A DNA stretch of 64,000 nucleotides, from the NCBI GenBank assembly GCA_964016885.1, contig OZ024745.1, forward strand, positions 12,400,001 to 12,464,000, given 5' to 3'. The position numbers and the translations under genes are program-made. The notes under the pieces are model-generated. The model ran no database searches, had not been told where the DNA came from, and worked only from the letters and a program-made list of their open reading frames with translations. Of this stretch, positions 52,421-64,000 are shown one piece after another (position 1 is the first letter of the stretch; every line of letters begins with the position of its first letter). Origin of the DNA: Eledone cirrhosa (Eukaryota).

Positions 52421-52546
52421 GTGATTGGTTGTCAACCACGGTCTTCTAAAGTGACGTATGAGAGTATCAAGGCTGGAACTATAATATTTGAAGAAAGTCA
52501 GGAAACACTCTCAGATGCCACCTCTGGTGGAATTGAAGAAAACTCA
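52421..52546 (+). CDS. Serine/threonine dehydratase exon D
   Basis: tgtag|..|gtatgt; 126 nt, phase 0/0. VIGCQPRSSKVTYESIKAGTIIFEESQETLSDATSGGIEENS. Confidence 0.9.
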
Positions 52547-53609
52547 GTATGTACAGTTTATACTCCATTTTTACTATTATAACTCTACTACTGTGCTGCT
52601 AATGTTTGATTTGAACACTTTTTAGTGATGTAGCAGTTATATGGAGCTGCTAATATATAGAGTTACCATCATCATCATCACAATTTGATGTTCATTTTCC
52701 ACGCTAGATGGGTTAGACAAGTTATCTTATTTGAGGCAAGTTGAGGTCAGATTACCATTTCTTGCTCAAACAGAACCGATTTTTGCTTGGTTTCTATGGT
52801 TGGATGCCCTTCCTAATGCCAACCACCTTTACAGTGAGTACCGGGTGCTTTTTGTTGTGGCACCTACATGACCACATGTATAAAGAGTAATATAGAGAGA
52901 GAGCTGCTAATATATATAGAGTAATATAGAGAGCTGCTAATATATATATAGAGTAATATATAGAGAGAGCTGCTAATATATATAGAGAGCTGCTAATATA
53001 TATAGAGGTATATATACAGAGGTATATATAGAGAGCTGCTAATATATATAGAGGTATATATAGAGAGAGCTGCTAATATATATAGAGTAATATAGAGAGG
53101 AATATATAGAGTTATGTATGGAGAGTTATATACAGAGCTGCTTAGCAGAAAGTTTAAAAAAACAAAAAAGAAATGCATGTTTGTTGATTCAAATGTTTAT
53201 AGTGTGTTTACATTTTGAAAACGTGCAGTGTCAGAGTAAAGACTTTAATGTGTAATGTGGTTCAGACATCGTGTTATTTCCTACTTTACAAGAATAGTTT
53301 ACCAATTGTATTCTACATGTATACTGAAATCAATATTATCGAATTAATGTTTAATAGTCAAATAACTTTTCGTTCAAAATTCAAGGGAGATAACTTTGAT
53401 CAAGGGAGGCAATTCTTTAAAATATCAATTATCAATATTCACTCTTCTTGAATTGACCATATTTCTTAAGGAGAACTGGCTTGAGTAGTAGATTTCTTCA
53501 AATCAAGGATATTACTAATTCACCAACATGAAGGGCTGATGGGTAGATAGCCTTTCACGGTTATACCAGAATTACTAGTACAAAGTATTCATGGTGACTC
53601 AGTATTATA

Positions 53610-53815
53610 ATAATTCCTTCTAACTTTAGCATAAGGACAGCAATTTGGGAGAATGGGAAAGATGATTATACTGACCGCAGTACATAACTGGTACTTTATT
53701 TTATTGACCCCGGAAGAATGAAAGGCATAGTTGACTGTGGCAGGATTTGAACTGAGATACTAAAGAGCCAGAACCAACATTGATATGCTTCTGTCCAAGC
53801 CTCTCACAACTCCAT
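53610..53815 (-). mobile_element. SINE family A copy
   Basis: ctggtactttatttt..gaatgaaaggcatagttgac..gatttgaact. Confidence 0.7.
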
Positions 53816-53859
53816 CGCATTACTCCTTGATTTCTAACTTAAGCGGAAATCCGTAAATA

Positions 53860-55035
53860 TGAGGTCTGTCGATAAAGTATCCAACTTTACTGTGGGAAGT
53901 AATGACGTTAGGGATAGAAAATAGTGCAGACTGAAGTCACATACATTCATGTGCCTGTCTAGTTTGGGGCAAGTTCTCTGGATGTGGCAGTCACTGTCAG
54001 ACAGCCAGTGTGTGGAGTACTGTTCTATGTATATACACGTTACATTTTCATTTCACCTTATACTGCCCAAAAGGATTCTGAGATCCTGGATACCATGGCA
54101 ACTAGAGTTGAGGTGTATGGTAGGAGCCATAAACTGAAGCTCAAGTATTACAGTGGAAACATCCAACATTGCAAAGTTCAGGTGGAAACATCCATTGCCA
54201 AGGCCAGGAAGAAACATACAACACTGCCAAGGTCAGGTGGAAACATCCAACATTGCCAAGGTCAGGAGGAAACATCCAACATTGCCAAGGTCAGGTGGAA
54301 ACATCCATTGCCAAGTTCAGGTGGAAACATCCAACATTGCCAAGGTCAGGTGGAAACATCCAACATTGCCAAGGTCAGGTGGAAATATCCATTGCCAAGT
54401 TCAGGTGGAAACATACAACACTGCCAAGGTCAGGTGGAAACATCCAACATTGCCAAGGTCAGGTGGAAATATCCAACATTGCCAAGGTCAGGTGGAAATA
54501 TCCATTGCCAAGGTCAGGTGGAAACATCCATTGCCAAGTTCAGGTGGAAACATCCAACATTGCCAAGGTCAGGTGGAAACATCCAACATTGCCAAGGTCA
54601 GGTGGAAATATCCAACATTGCCAAGGTCAGGTGGAAACATCCAACATTGCCAAGACCAGGTGGAAATATCCAACATTGCCAAGGTCAGGTGGAAACATCC
54701 ATTGCCAAGGTCAGGTGGAAATATCCAACACTGCCAAGGTCAGGTCGAAACATCCATTGCCAAGGTCAGGTGGAAATATCCAACACTGCCAAGGCCAGGC
54801 ACAGCAAGTACAGATCAAAATCAACATGATGCTGTCTTCTTCAATTACTGAGACTTTGTACATCCTGAATATTCACCATAAAAACAATTAGAAAGGATTA
54901 GTGACGCCAGATGTGTGAACCTGGCAACTACACCTTGACATCAACCCATACATCGCAACTGATCCAAAGAAAGACATTTTAATCACTTACCAGACACCCT
55001 ACTCTCCAGACATGGCTTCAACTGACTTACTTGAG
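53860..55035 (+). mobile_element. Decayed mariner element interrupted by a minisatellite
   Basis: TA|TGAGGTCTGTCGATAAAGTATC TIR-like start; coding remnants EVYG, PRSG/PRPGTAST and PYSPDMASTD (~54997-55026). Confidence 0.6.
54153..54798. repeat. 29/26-bp minisatellite
   Basis: Monomer GGTGGAAACATC(CAA)CATTGCCAAGGTCA, about 23 copies. Confidence 0.95.
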
Positions 55036-55174
55036 GACTAACAACATATAATAATTGTTTCTACTTTAGGCACAAGGCCAGCAATTACCCAGTACATTAC
55101 TGGTACTTTATTTTATCGACCTCGTAAGGATGAAAGGCAAAAAAACAATTAATGAAAGTAAAATAGCTGTGAAA

Positions 55175-58100
55175 TGCCTCCATACACTTAGCCCAATAAT
55201 CCTTTATCAAGTTACGCCCCTTGTGCCTCCATACACTTAGCCCAGTGATCCTTCTTCAAGTTACGCCCCTTGTGCCTCCATACATTTAGCCCAGTGATCC
55301 TTCATCTAGTTACGCCCCTTGTACCTCCATACACTTAGCCCAATAATCCTTCTTCAAGTTACGCCCCTTGTGCCTCCATACACGTAGCCCAGTGATCCTT
55401 CAGGAAGTTACGCCCCTTGTGCCGCCATACACTTAGCCCAGTGATCCTTCTTCAAGTTACGCCCCTTGTGCCTCCATACACTTAGCCCAGTGATCCTTCT
55501 TCAAATTACGCTCCTTGTGCCTCCATACACTTATCCCAGTGATCCTTCTTCAAGTTACGCCCCTTGTGCTTCCATACACTTAGCCCAGTGATCCTTCTTC
55601 AAGTTACGCCCCTTGTGCCTCCATACACTTAGCCCAGTGACCCTTTATCAAGTTACGCCCCTTGTGCCTCCATACACTTATCCCAGTGATCCTTCATCAA
55701 GTTACGCCCCTTGTGCTTCCATACACTTAGCCCAATAATTCTTCTTCAAGTTACGCACTTTGTGCCTCCATACACTTAGCCGAGTGATCCTTCTTCAAGT
55801 TACGCCCCTTGTGCCTCCATACACTTAGCCCAGTGATCCTTCTTTAAGTTACGCCCCTTCTGCCTCCATACACTTAGCCCAGTGATCCTTCTTCAAGTTA
55901 CGCCCCTTGTGCCTCCATACACTTAGCCCAGTGATCATTCATCAAGTTACGCCCCTTGTGCCTCCATACACTTAGCCCAATAATCCTTCTTCAAGTTACG
56001 AACCTTGTGCCTCAATACACTTAGCCCAGTGATCCTTCATCAAGTTACGCCCAGTGTGCCTCCATGCACTTAGCCCAGTGATCCTTCTTCAAGTTACGCC
56101 CCTTCTGCCTCCATACACTTAGCCCAGTGATCGTTCATCAAGTTACGCCCAGTGTGCCTCCATGCACTTAGCCCAGTGATCCTTCTTCAAGTTACGCCCC
56201 TTCTGCCTCCATACACTTAGCCCAGTGATCATTCTTCAAGTTACGCCCCTTGTGCCTCCATACACTTAGCCCAGTGATCCTTCTTCAAGCTACGCCCCTT
56301 GTGCCTCCATACACTTAGCCCAATAATCCTTCTTCAAGTTACGAACCTTGTGCCTCAATACACTTATCCCAGTGATCCTTCTTCAAGTTACGCCCCTTGT
56401 GCCTCCATACACTTATCCCAGTGATCCTTCTTCAAGTTACGCCCCCTGTGCCTCCATACACTTAGCCCAGTGATCCTTCTTCAAGTTACGCACCTTGTGC
56501 CTCCATACACTTAGCCCAGTGATCATTCATCAAGTTACGTCCCTTGTGCCTCCATACACTTAGCCCAGTGATCCTTCTTCAAGTTACGCCCCTTGTGCCT
56601 CCATACACTTAGCCTAGTGATCCTTCTTCAAGTTACACCCCTTGTGCCTCCATACACTTAGCCCAGTGATCCTTCATCAAGTTACGCCCAGTGTGCCTCC
56701 ATGCACTTAGCCCAGTGATCCTTCTTCAAGTTACGCCCCTTCTGCCGCTATACACTTAGCCCAGTGATCCTTCTTCAAGTTACACCCCTTGTGCCTCCAT
56801 ACACTTAGCCCAGTGATCCTTCATCAAGTTACGCCCAGTGTGCCTCCATGCACTTAGCCCAGTGATCCTTCTTCAAGTTACGCCCCTTCTGCCTACATAC
56901 ACTTAGCCGAGTGATCCTTCATCAAGTTACGCCCCTTGTGCCTCCATACACTTATTCCAGTGATCCTTCTTTAAGTTACGCCCCTTCTGCCTCCATACAC
57001 TTAGCCCAGTGATCCTTCTTCAAGTTACGCCCCTTGTGCCTCCATACACTTAGCCCAAAGATCCTTCTTCAAGTTACGCCCCTTGTGCCTCCATACACTT
57101 CGCCTCGTGATCCTTCATCAAGTTACGCCCCTTGTGCCTCCATACACTTAGCCCAATAATCCTTCTTCAAGTTACGCCCCTTGTGCCTCCATACACTTAG
57201 CCCAGTGATCCTTCTTCAAGTTAGGCTCGTTGTGCCTCCATACACTTAGCCCAATAATCCTTTATCAAGTTACGCCCCTTGTGCCTCCATACACTTAGCC
57301 CAGTGATCCTTCTTCAAGTTACGCCCCTTGTGCTTCCATCCATTTAGCACAGTGATCCTTCATAAAGTTACGCCCATTGTGCCTCCATACACTTAGCCCA
57401 GTGATCCTTCTTCAAGTTACGCCCCTTGTGCCTCCATACACTTAGCCCAGTGATCCTTCTTCAAGTTACGCCCCTTGTGCCTCCATACACTTAGCCCAAT
57501 AATCCTTCTTCAAGTTAGGCTCGTTGTGCCTCCATACACTTAGCCCAATAATCCTTTTTCAAGTTACGCCCCTTGTGCCTCCATACACTTAGCCCAGTGA
57601 TCCTGCTTCAAGTTACGCCCCTTGTGCCTCCATAGACTTAGCCCAGTGATCCTTCTTCAAGTTACGCCCCTTGTGCCTCCATACACTTAGCCCAGTGATC
57701 CTTCTTCAAGTTACGCCCCTTGTGCTTTCATACACTTAGCCCAATAATCCTTCTTCAAGTTACGCCCCTTGTGCCTCCATACACTTAGCCCAGTGATCCT
57801 TCATCAAGTTACGCCCCTTGTGCCTCTATACACTTAGCCCAGTGATCCTTCATCAAGTTACGCCCCTTGTGCCTCCATACACTTAGCCCAGTGATCCTTC
57901 ATGAAGTTACGCCCCTTGTGCCTCCATACACTTATCCCAGTGATCCTTCTTCAAGTTACGCCCCCTGTGCCTCCATACACTTAGCCCAGTGATCCTTCTT
58001 CAAGTTACGCACCTTGTGCCTCCATACACTTAGCCCAGTGATCATTCATCAAGTTACGTCCCTTGTGCCTCCATACACTTAGCCCAGTGTTCCTTCTTCA

Positions 58101-61100
58101 AGTTACGCCCCTTGTGCCTCCATACACTTAGCCCAGTGATCCTTCTTCAAGTTACACCCCTTGTGCCTCCATACACTTAGCCCAGTGATCCTTCATCAAG
58201 TTACGCCCAGTGTGCCTCCATGCACTTAGCCCAGTGATCCTTCTTCAAGTTACGCCTCTTCTGCCGCTATACACTTAGCCCAGTGATCCTTCTTCAAGTT
58301 ACGCCCCTTGTCCCTCCATACACTTAGCCCAGTGATCCTTCTTCAAGTTACGCCCCTTGTGCCTCCATACACTTAGCCGAGTGATCCTTCATCAAGTTAC
58401 GCCCCTTGTGCCTCCATACACTTATTCCAGTGATCCTTCTTTAAGTTACGCCCCTTCTGCCTCCATACACTTAGCCCAGTGATCCTTCTTCAAGTTACGC
58501 CCCTTGTGCCTCCATACACTTAGCCCAATGATCCTTCTTCAAGTTACGCCCCTTGTGCCTCCATACACTTCGCCTAGTGATCCTTCATCAAGTTACGCCC
58601 CTTGTGCCTCCATACACTTAGCCCAATAATCCTTCTTCAAGTTACGCCCCTTGTGCCTCCATACACTTAGCCCAGTGATCCTTCTTCAAGTTAGGCTCGT
58701 TGTGCCTCCATACACTTAGCCCAATAATCCTTTATCAAGTTACGCCCCTTGTGCCTCCATACACTTAGCCCAGTGATCCTTCTTCAAGTTACGCCCCTTG
58801 TGCTTCCATCCATTTAGCACAGTGATCCTTCATAAAGTTACGCCCATTGTGCCTCCATACACTTAGCCCAGTGATCCTTCTTCAAGTTACGCCCCTTGTG
58901 CCTCCATACACTTAGCCCAGTGATCCTTCTTCAAGTTACGCCCCTTGTGCCTCCATACACTTAGCCCAATAATCCTTCTTCAAGTTAGGCTCGTTGTGCC
59001 TCCATACACTTAGCCCAATAATCCTTTTTCAAGTTACGCCCCTTGTGCCTCCATACACTTAGCCCAGTGATCCTGCTTCAAGTTACGCCCCTTGTGCATC
59101 CATACACTTAGCCCAGTGATCCTTCTTTAAGTTACGCCCCTTCTGCCTCCATACACTTAGCCCAGTGATCCTTCTTCAAGTTACGCCCCTTGTGACTCCA
59201 TACACTTAGCCCAGTGATCATTCATCAAGTTACGCCCCTTGTGCCTCCATACACTTAGCCCAATAATCCTTCTTCAAGTTACGATCCTTGTGCCTCAATA
59301 CACTTAGCCCAGTGATCCTTCATCAAGTTACGCCCAGTGTGCCTCCATGCACTTAGCCCAGTGATCCTTCTTTAAGTTACGCCCCTTCTGCCTCCATACA
59401 CTTAGCCCAGTGATCGTTCATCAAGTTACGCCCAGTGTGCCTCCATGCACTTAGCCCAGTGATCCTTCTTCAAGTTACGCCCCTTCTGCCTCCATACACT
59501 TAGCCCAGTGATCCTTCTTCAAGTTACGCCCCTTGTGCCTCCATACACTTAGCCCAATAATCCTTCTTCAAGTTACGCCCCTTGTGCCTCCATACACTTA
59601 GCCCAGTGATCCTTCATCAAGCTACGCCCCTTGTGCCTCCATACACTTAGCCCAATAATCCTTCTTCAAGTTACGAACCTTGTGCCTCAATACACTTATC
59701 CCAGTGATCCTTCTTCAAGTTACGCCCCTTGTGCCTCCATACACTTATCCCAGTGATCCTTCTTCAAGTTACGCCCCCTGTGCCTCCATACACTTAGCCC
59801 AGTGATCCTTCTTCAAGTTACGCACATTGTGCCTCCATACACTTAGCCCAGTGATCATTCATCAAGTTACGTCCCTTGTGCCTCCATACACTTAGCCCAG
59901 TGATCCTTCTTCAAGTTACGCCCCTTGTGCCTCCATACACTTAGCCCAGTGATCCTTCTTCAAGTTACACCCCTTGTGCCTCCATACACTTAGCCCAGTG
60001 ATCCTTCATCAAGTTACGCCCAGTGTGCCTCCATGCACTTAGCCCAGTGATCCTTCTTCAAGTTACGCCCCTTCTGCCGCTATACACTTAGCCCAGTGAT
60101 CCTTCTTCAAGTTACGCCCCTTGTCCCTCCATACACTTAGCCCAGTGATCCTTCTTCAAGTTACGCCCCTTGTGCCTCCATACACTTAGCCGAGTGATCC
60201 TTCATCAAGTTACGCCCCTTGTGCCTCCATACACTTATTCCAGTGATCCTTCTTTAAGTTACGCCCCTTCTGCCTCCATACACTTAGCCCAGTGATCCTT
60301 CTTCAAGTTACGCCCCTTCTGCCTCCATACACTTAGCCCAATGATCCTTCTTCAAGTTACGCCCCTTGTGCCTCCATACACTTCGCCTAGTGATCCTTCA
60401 TCAAGTTACGCCCCTTGTGCCTCCATACACTTAGCCCAATAATCCTTCTTCAAGTTACGCCCCTTGTGCCTCCATACACTTAGCCCAGTGATCCTTCTTC
60501 AAGTTAGGCTCGTTGTGCCTCCATACACTTAGCCCAATAATCCTTTATCAAGTTACGCCCCTTGTGCCTCCATACACTTAGCCCAGTGATCCTTCTTCAA
60601 GTTACGCCCCTTGTGCTTCCATCCATTTAGCACAGTGATCCTTCATAAAGTTACGCCCATTGTGCCTCCATACACTTAGCCCAGTGATCCTTCTTCAAGT
60701 TACGCCCCTTGTGCCTCCATACACTTAGCCCAGTGATCCTTCTTCAAGTTACGCCCCTTGTGCCTCCATACACTTAGCCCAATAATCCTTCTTCAAGTTA
60801 GGCTCGTTGTGCCTCCATACACTTAGCCCAATAATCCTTTTTCAAGTTACGCCCCTTGTGCCTCCATACACTTATCCCAGTGATCCTGCTTCAAGTTACG
60901 CCCCTTGTGCCTCCATAGACTTAGCCCAGTGATCCTTCTTCAAGTTACGCCCCTTGTGCCTCCATACACTTAGCCCAGTGATCCTTCTTCAAGTTACGCC
61001 CCTTGTGCTTTCATACACTTAGCCCAATAATCCTTCTTCAAGTTACGCCCCTTGTGCCTCCATACACTAATCCCAGTGATCCTTCATCAAGTTACGCCTC

Positions 61101-62740
61101 TTGTGCCTCTATACACTTAGCCCAGTGATCCTTCATCAAGTTACGCCCCTTGTGCCTCCATACACTTAGCCCAGTGATCCTTCATGAAGTTACGCCCCTT
61201 GTGCCTCCATACACTTATCCCAGTGATCCTTCATCAAGTTACGCCCCTTGTGCCTCCATACACTGAGGCACAAAAGTCGTAACTTGAAGAAGGATCACTG
61301 GGCTAGGTGTATGGAGGCACAAGGGGCGTAACTTGAAGAAGGATCACTGGGCTAAGTGTATGGAGGCACATGGTGCGTAACTTGATGAAGGATCACTGGG
61401 CTAAGTGTATGGAGGCACAAGGGGCGTAACTTGATGAAGGATCACTGGGCTAAGTGTATGGAGGCACAAGGGGCGTAACTTGAAGAAGGATTATTGGGCT
61501 AAGTGTATGGAGGTACAAGGGGCGTAACTTGAGGAAGGATCACTGGGCTAAATGTATGGAGGCACAAGGGGCGTAACTTGAAGAAGGATCACTGGGCTAA
61601 GTGTATGGAGGCACAAGGGGCGTAACTTGATAAAGGATTATTGTGCTGAGTGTATGGAGGCACAAGGGGCGTAACTTGATAAAGGATTATTGGGCTGAGT
61701 GTATGGAGGTACAAGGGGCGTAACTTGAAGAAGGATTATTGGGCTGAGTGTATGGAGGCACAAGGGGCGTAACTTGATAAATGATCACTGGGCTAAGTGT
61801 ATGGAGGCACAAGGGGCGTAACTTGATGAAGGATTATTGGGCTAAGTGTATGGAGGCACAAGGGGCGTAACTTGATGAAGGATTATTGGGCTAAGTGTAT
61901 GGGGGCAAACGGGGCGTAACTTGAAGAAGGATCACTGGGCTAAGTGTATGCAGGCACAAGGGGCGTAACTTGATGAAGGATTATTGGGCTAAGTGTATGG
62001 AGGCAAACGGGGCGTAACTTGATGAAGGATCACTGGGCTAAGTGTATGGAGGCACAAGGTGCGTAACTTGAAGAAGGATCACTGGGCTAAGTGTATGGAG
62101 GCACAAGGGGCGTAACTTGAAGAAGGATCACTGGGCTAAGTGTATGGAGGCATAAGGCGCGTAACTTGAAGAAGGATTATTGGGCTAAGTGTATGGAGGC
62201 AAAAGGGGCGTAACTTGATGAAGGATCACTGGGCTAAATGTATGGAGGCACAAGGGGCGTAACTTGAAGAAGGATTATTGGGCTAAGTGTATGGAGGCAC
62301 AAGGGGCGTAACTTGAAGAAGGATTATTGGGCTAAGTGTATGGAGGCACAAGGGGCGTAACCTGATGAAGTATCATTGGGCTAAGTGTATGGAGGCACAA
62401 GGGGCGTAACTTGAAGAAGGATTATTGGGCTAAGTGTATGGAGGCACAAGGGGCGTAACCTGATGATGTATCACTGAGCTAAGTGTATGGAGGCACAAGG
62501 GGCGTAACTTGAAGAAGGATTATTGGGCTAAGTGTATGGAGGCAAACGGGGCGTAACTTGATGAAGGATCACTGGGCTAAGTGTATGGAGGCACAAGGGG
62601 CGTAACTTGAAGAAGGATCACTGGGCTAAGTGTATGGAGGCACAAGGGGCGTAACTTGAAGAAGGATCACTGGGCTAAGTGTATGGAGGCACAAGGGGCG
62701 TAACTTGAAGAATGATTATTGGGCTAAGTGTATGGAGGCA
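55175..62740. repeat. 49-bp satellite (~154 copies) with an internal strand switch at ~61264
   Basis: Monomer TGCCTCCATACACTTAGCCCAGTGATCCTTCTTCAAGTTACGCCCCTTG, ~124 copies to 61264, then ~30 reverse-complement copies to 62740. Confidence 0.98.
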
Positions 62741-63098
62741 ATTACTCCGGGCCCCTGCAGTGGGGATCCCACCAGTGACACCCTTAGCAATTTATTTGTG
62801 ACCTCAGCTGGAATTTTTAGTTTTAGAATGGTTAAAATGTTTTAATTTGCTACCTGTATATATAACTTTTTAATTCCAGTTACTTGAGGCAAGCTAACCT
62901 TGATATGTAAAATTTGAGGGGTTTGCTGTGTATTCTAGGTTTTTGTGTAAGAGAGCCCGAAAAACCTGAAGTGCCCCGGGCCCCCACCAAGGTCTAAATC
63001 CAACCTCCATAGTAAATTTTCATAGAAACCTTTTATTAGTTATACTTTGATTAAGAAGAACTTCTAAGATGTAAACATTATGATATTCCTTTTCCTAG

Positions 63099-63200
63099 GT
63101 AACTTTTGAACATTGTCAAACATTTGTTGATGACTGGATTCTTGTTGAAGAAGAAACGATTACAAAAGCTATATTTTTTATGCTTTCACAACATCAAATG
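63099..63200 (+). CDS. Serine/threonine dehydratase exon E
   Basis: cctag|..|gtaagg; 102 nt, phase 0/0. VTFEHCQTFVDDWILVEEETITKAIFFMLSQHQM. The final exon(s) presumably lie beyond the window. Confidence 0.88.
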
Positions 63201-63629
63201 GTAAGGTTGTTTTTTATTTATTATTTTAGTATGGTTGAGACAACAAACTCATTATGTAGAAATTGGATGGGAGTCGTTGTCAACTGTTGATTATCTGATG
63301 GTATGTGGGTGAGATAGAAGGAAGCTTTGTGATACAGAGGTAGTCACAGGGGTGGAGGATATTATGTAGTTGAGGTTAAAATGTAGGAGGAGAGCTCAGC
63401 AGAAGAATTCAAGATCCCAGCAGAATTTTAACTCAGAACATAGAAGGACCAAATTAGGCACTAAATCTGGTATTCTGACTTTAATAGTAATAATAATGAA
63501 ATTATTGTGTACAGTGCTCAGGTGCACTACAACTCATCAAAGGTGCATGTATGGTACATAGAATAATATACAGATGTCAGGAAAGTGAATAGTGTATGAG
63601 TCATGATATACATGTGTGCGTGTGTATGG

Positions 63630-64000
63630 AGGGGGATATCAGGTGTAGTGTTGGTGAATCTCAGGAAGCATGGAGGTTTTAAAGGATGCAGTGTCTTGAC
63701 AGCTAACAACTGATGCAGGTAGTTTGTTCCATGGAGGTTTTAAAGGATGCAGTGTCTTGACAGCTAACAACTGATGCAGGTAGTTTGTTCCATGGAGGTT
63801 TTAAAGGATGCAGTGTCTCGACAGCTAACAACTGATGCAGGTAGTTTGTTCCATGGAGGTTTTAAAGGATGCAGTGTCTTGACAGCTAACAACTGATGCA
63901 GGTAGTTTGTTCCATGGAGGCTTTAAAGGATGCAGTGTCTTGACAGCTAACAACTGATGCAGGTAGTTTGTTCCATGCTTCAGCAACTCTAAGCATGAAA
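63630..64000 (-). mobile_element. CR1-clade LINE 3' end containing a 61-bp tandem repeat x5
   Basis: Minus-strand translation FMLRVAEAWNKLPASVVSCQDTASFKTSM matches the CR1 C-terminal motif. Unit starts at 63669, 63730, 63791, 63852 and 63913. Confidence 0.8.

Noticed and set aside
54040-54125. FISPY / EVYG peptides resembling the missing dehydratase segment
   Set aside because: Wrong order and position, no splice sites, and better explained by the mariner remnant or chance.
55175-62740. CRISPR-like appearance of regular arrays
   Set aside because: No unique spacers, no cas genes, and a eukaryotic context.

Overview
Repeat-dense eukaryotic (animal) DNA. The SINE, RTE and microsatellite content suggests an octopod/cephalopod, but that is an inference. 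Over half the window is tandem arrays with 45, 28, 28, 12, 42, 29, 49 and 61 bp monomers, several with higher-order structure; most long ORFs in the track are read-throughs of these arrays. Interspersed elements include RTE LINE fragments, a 5'-truncated frameshifted Tx1/L1-clade LINE, a decayed DD41D (rosa) Tc1/mariner with TIRs and TA TSD, mariner remnants, Helitron-like ends, tRNA-derived SINEs and a CR1 tail. One host gene is visible: five + strand exons of a PLP-dependent serine/threonine dehydratase (serine racemase family) whose central exons appear to be missing. The most striking structure is at 40418-41680: two ~99% identical, head-to-head copies of a 593-nt non-coding monomer. Each is one monomer plus ~40 nt of terminal redundancy, they are opened at different circular-permutation points, and each carries a type I hammerhead ribozyme fold (U3-A8 core variant). 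This fits a circular-RNA, retrozyme-like element integrated into (TA)n. A second, unrelated minimal U3-A8 hammerhead sits in a near-perfect 300-bp palindrome at 8706-9005. All folds and alignments were done by eye.
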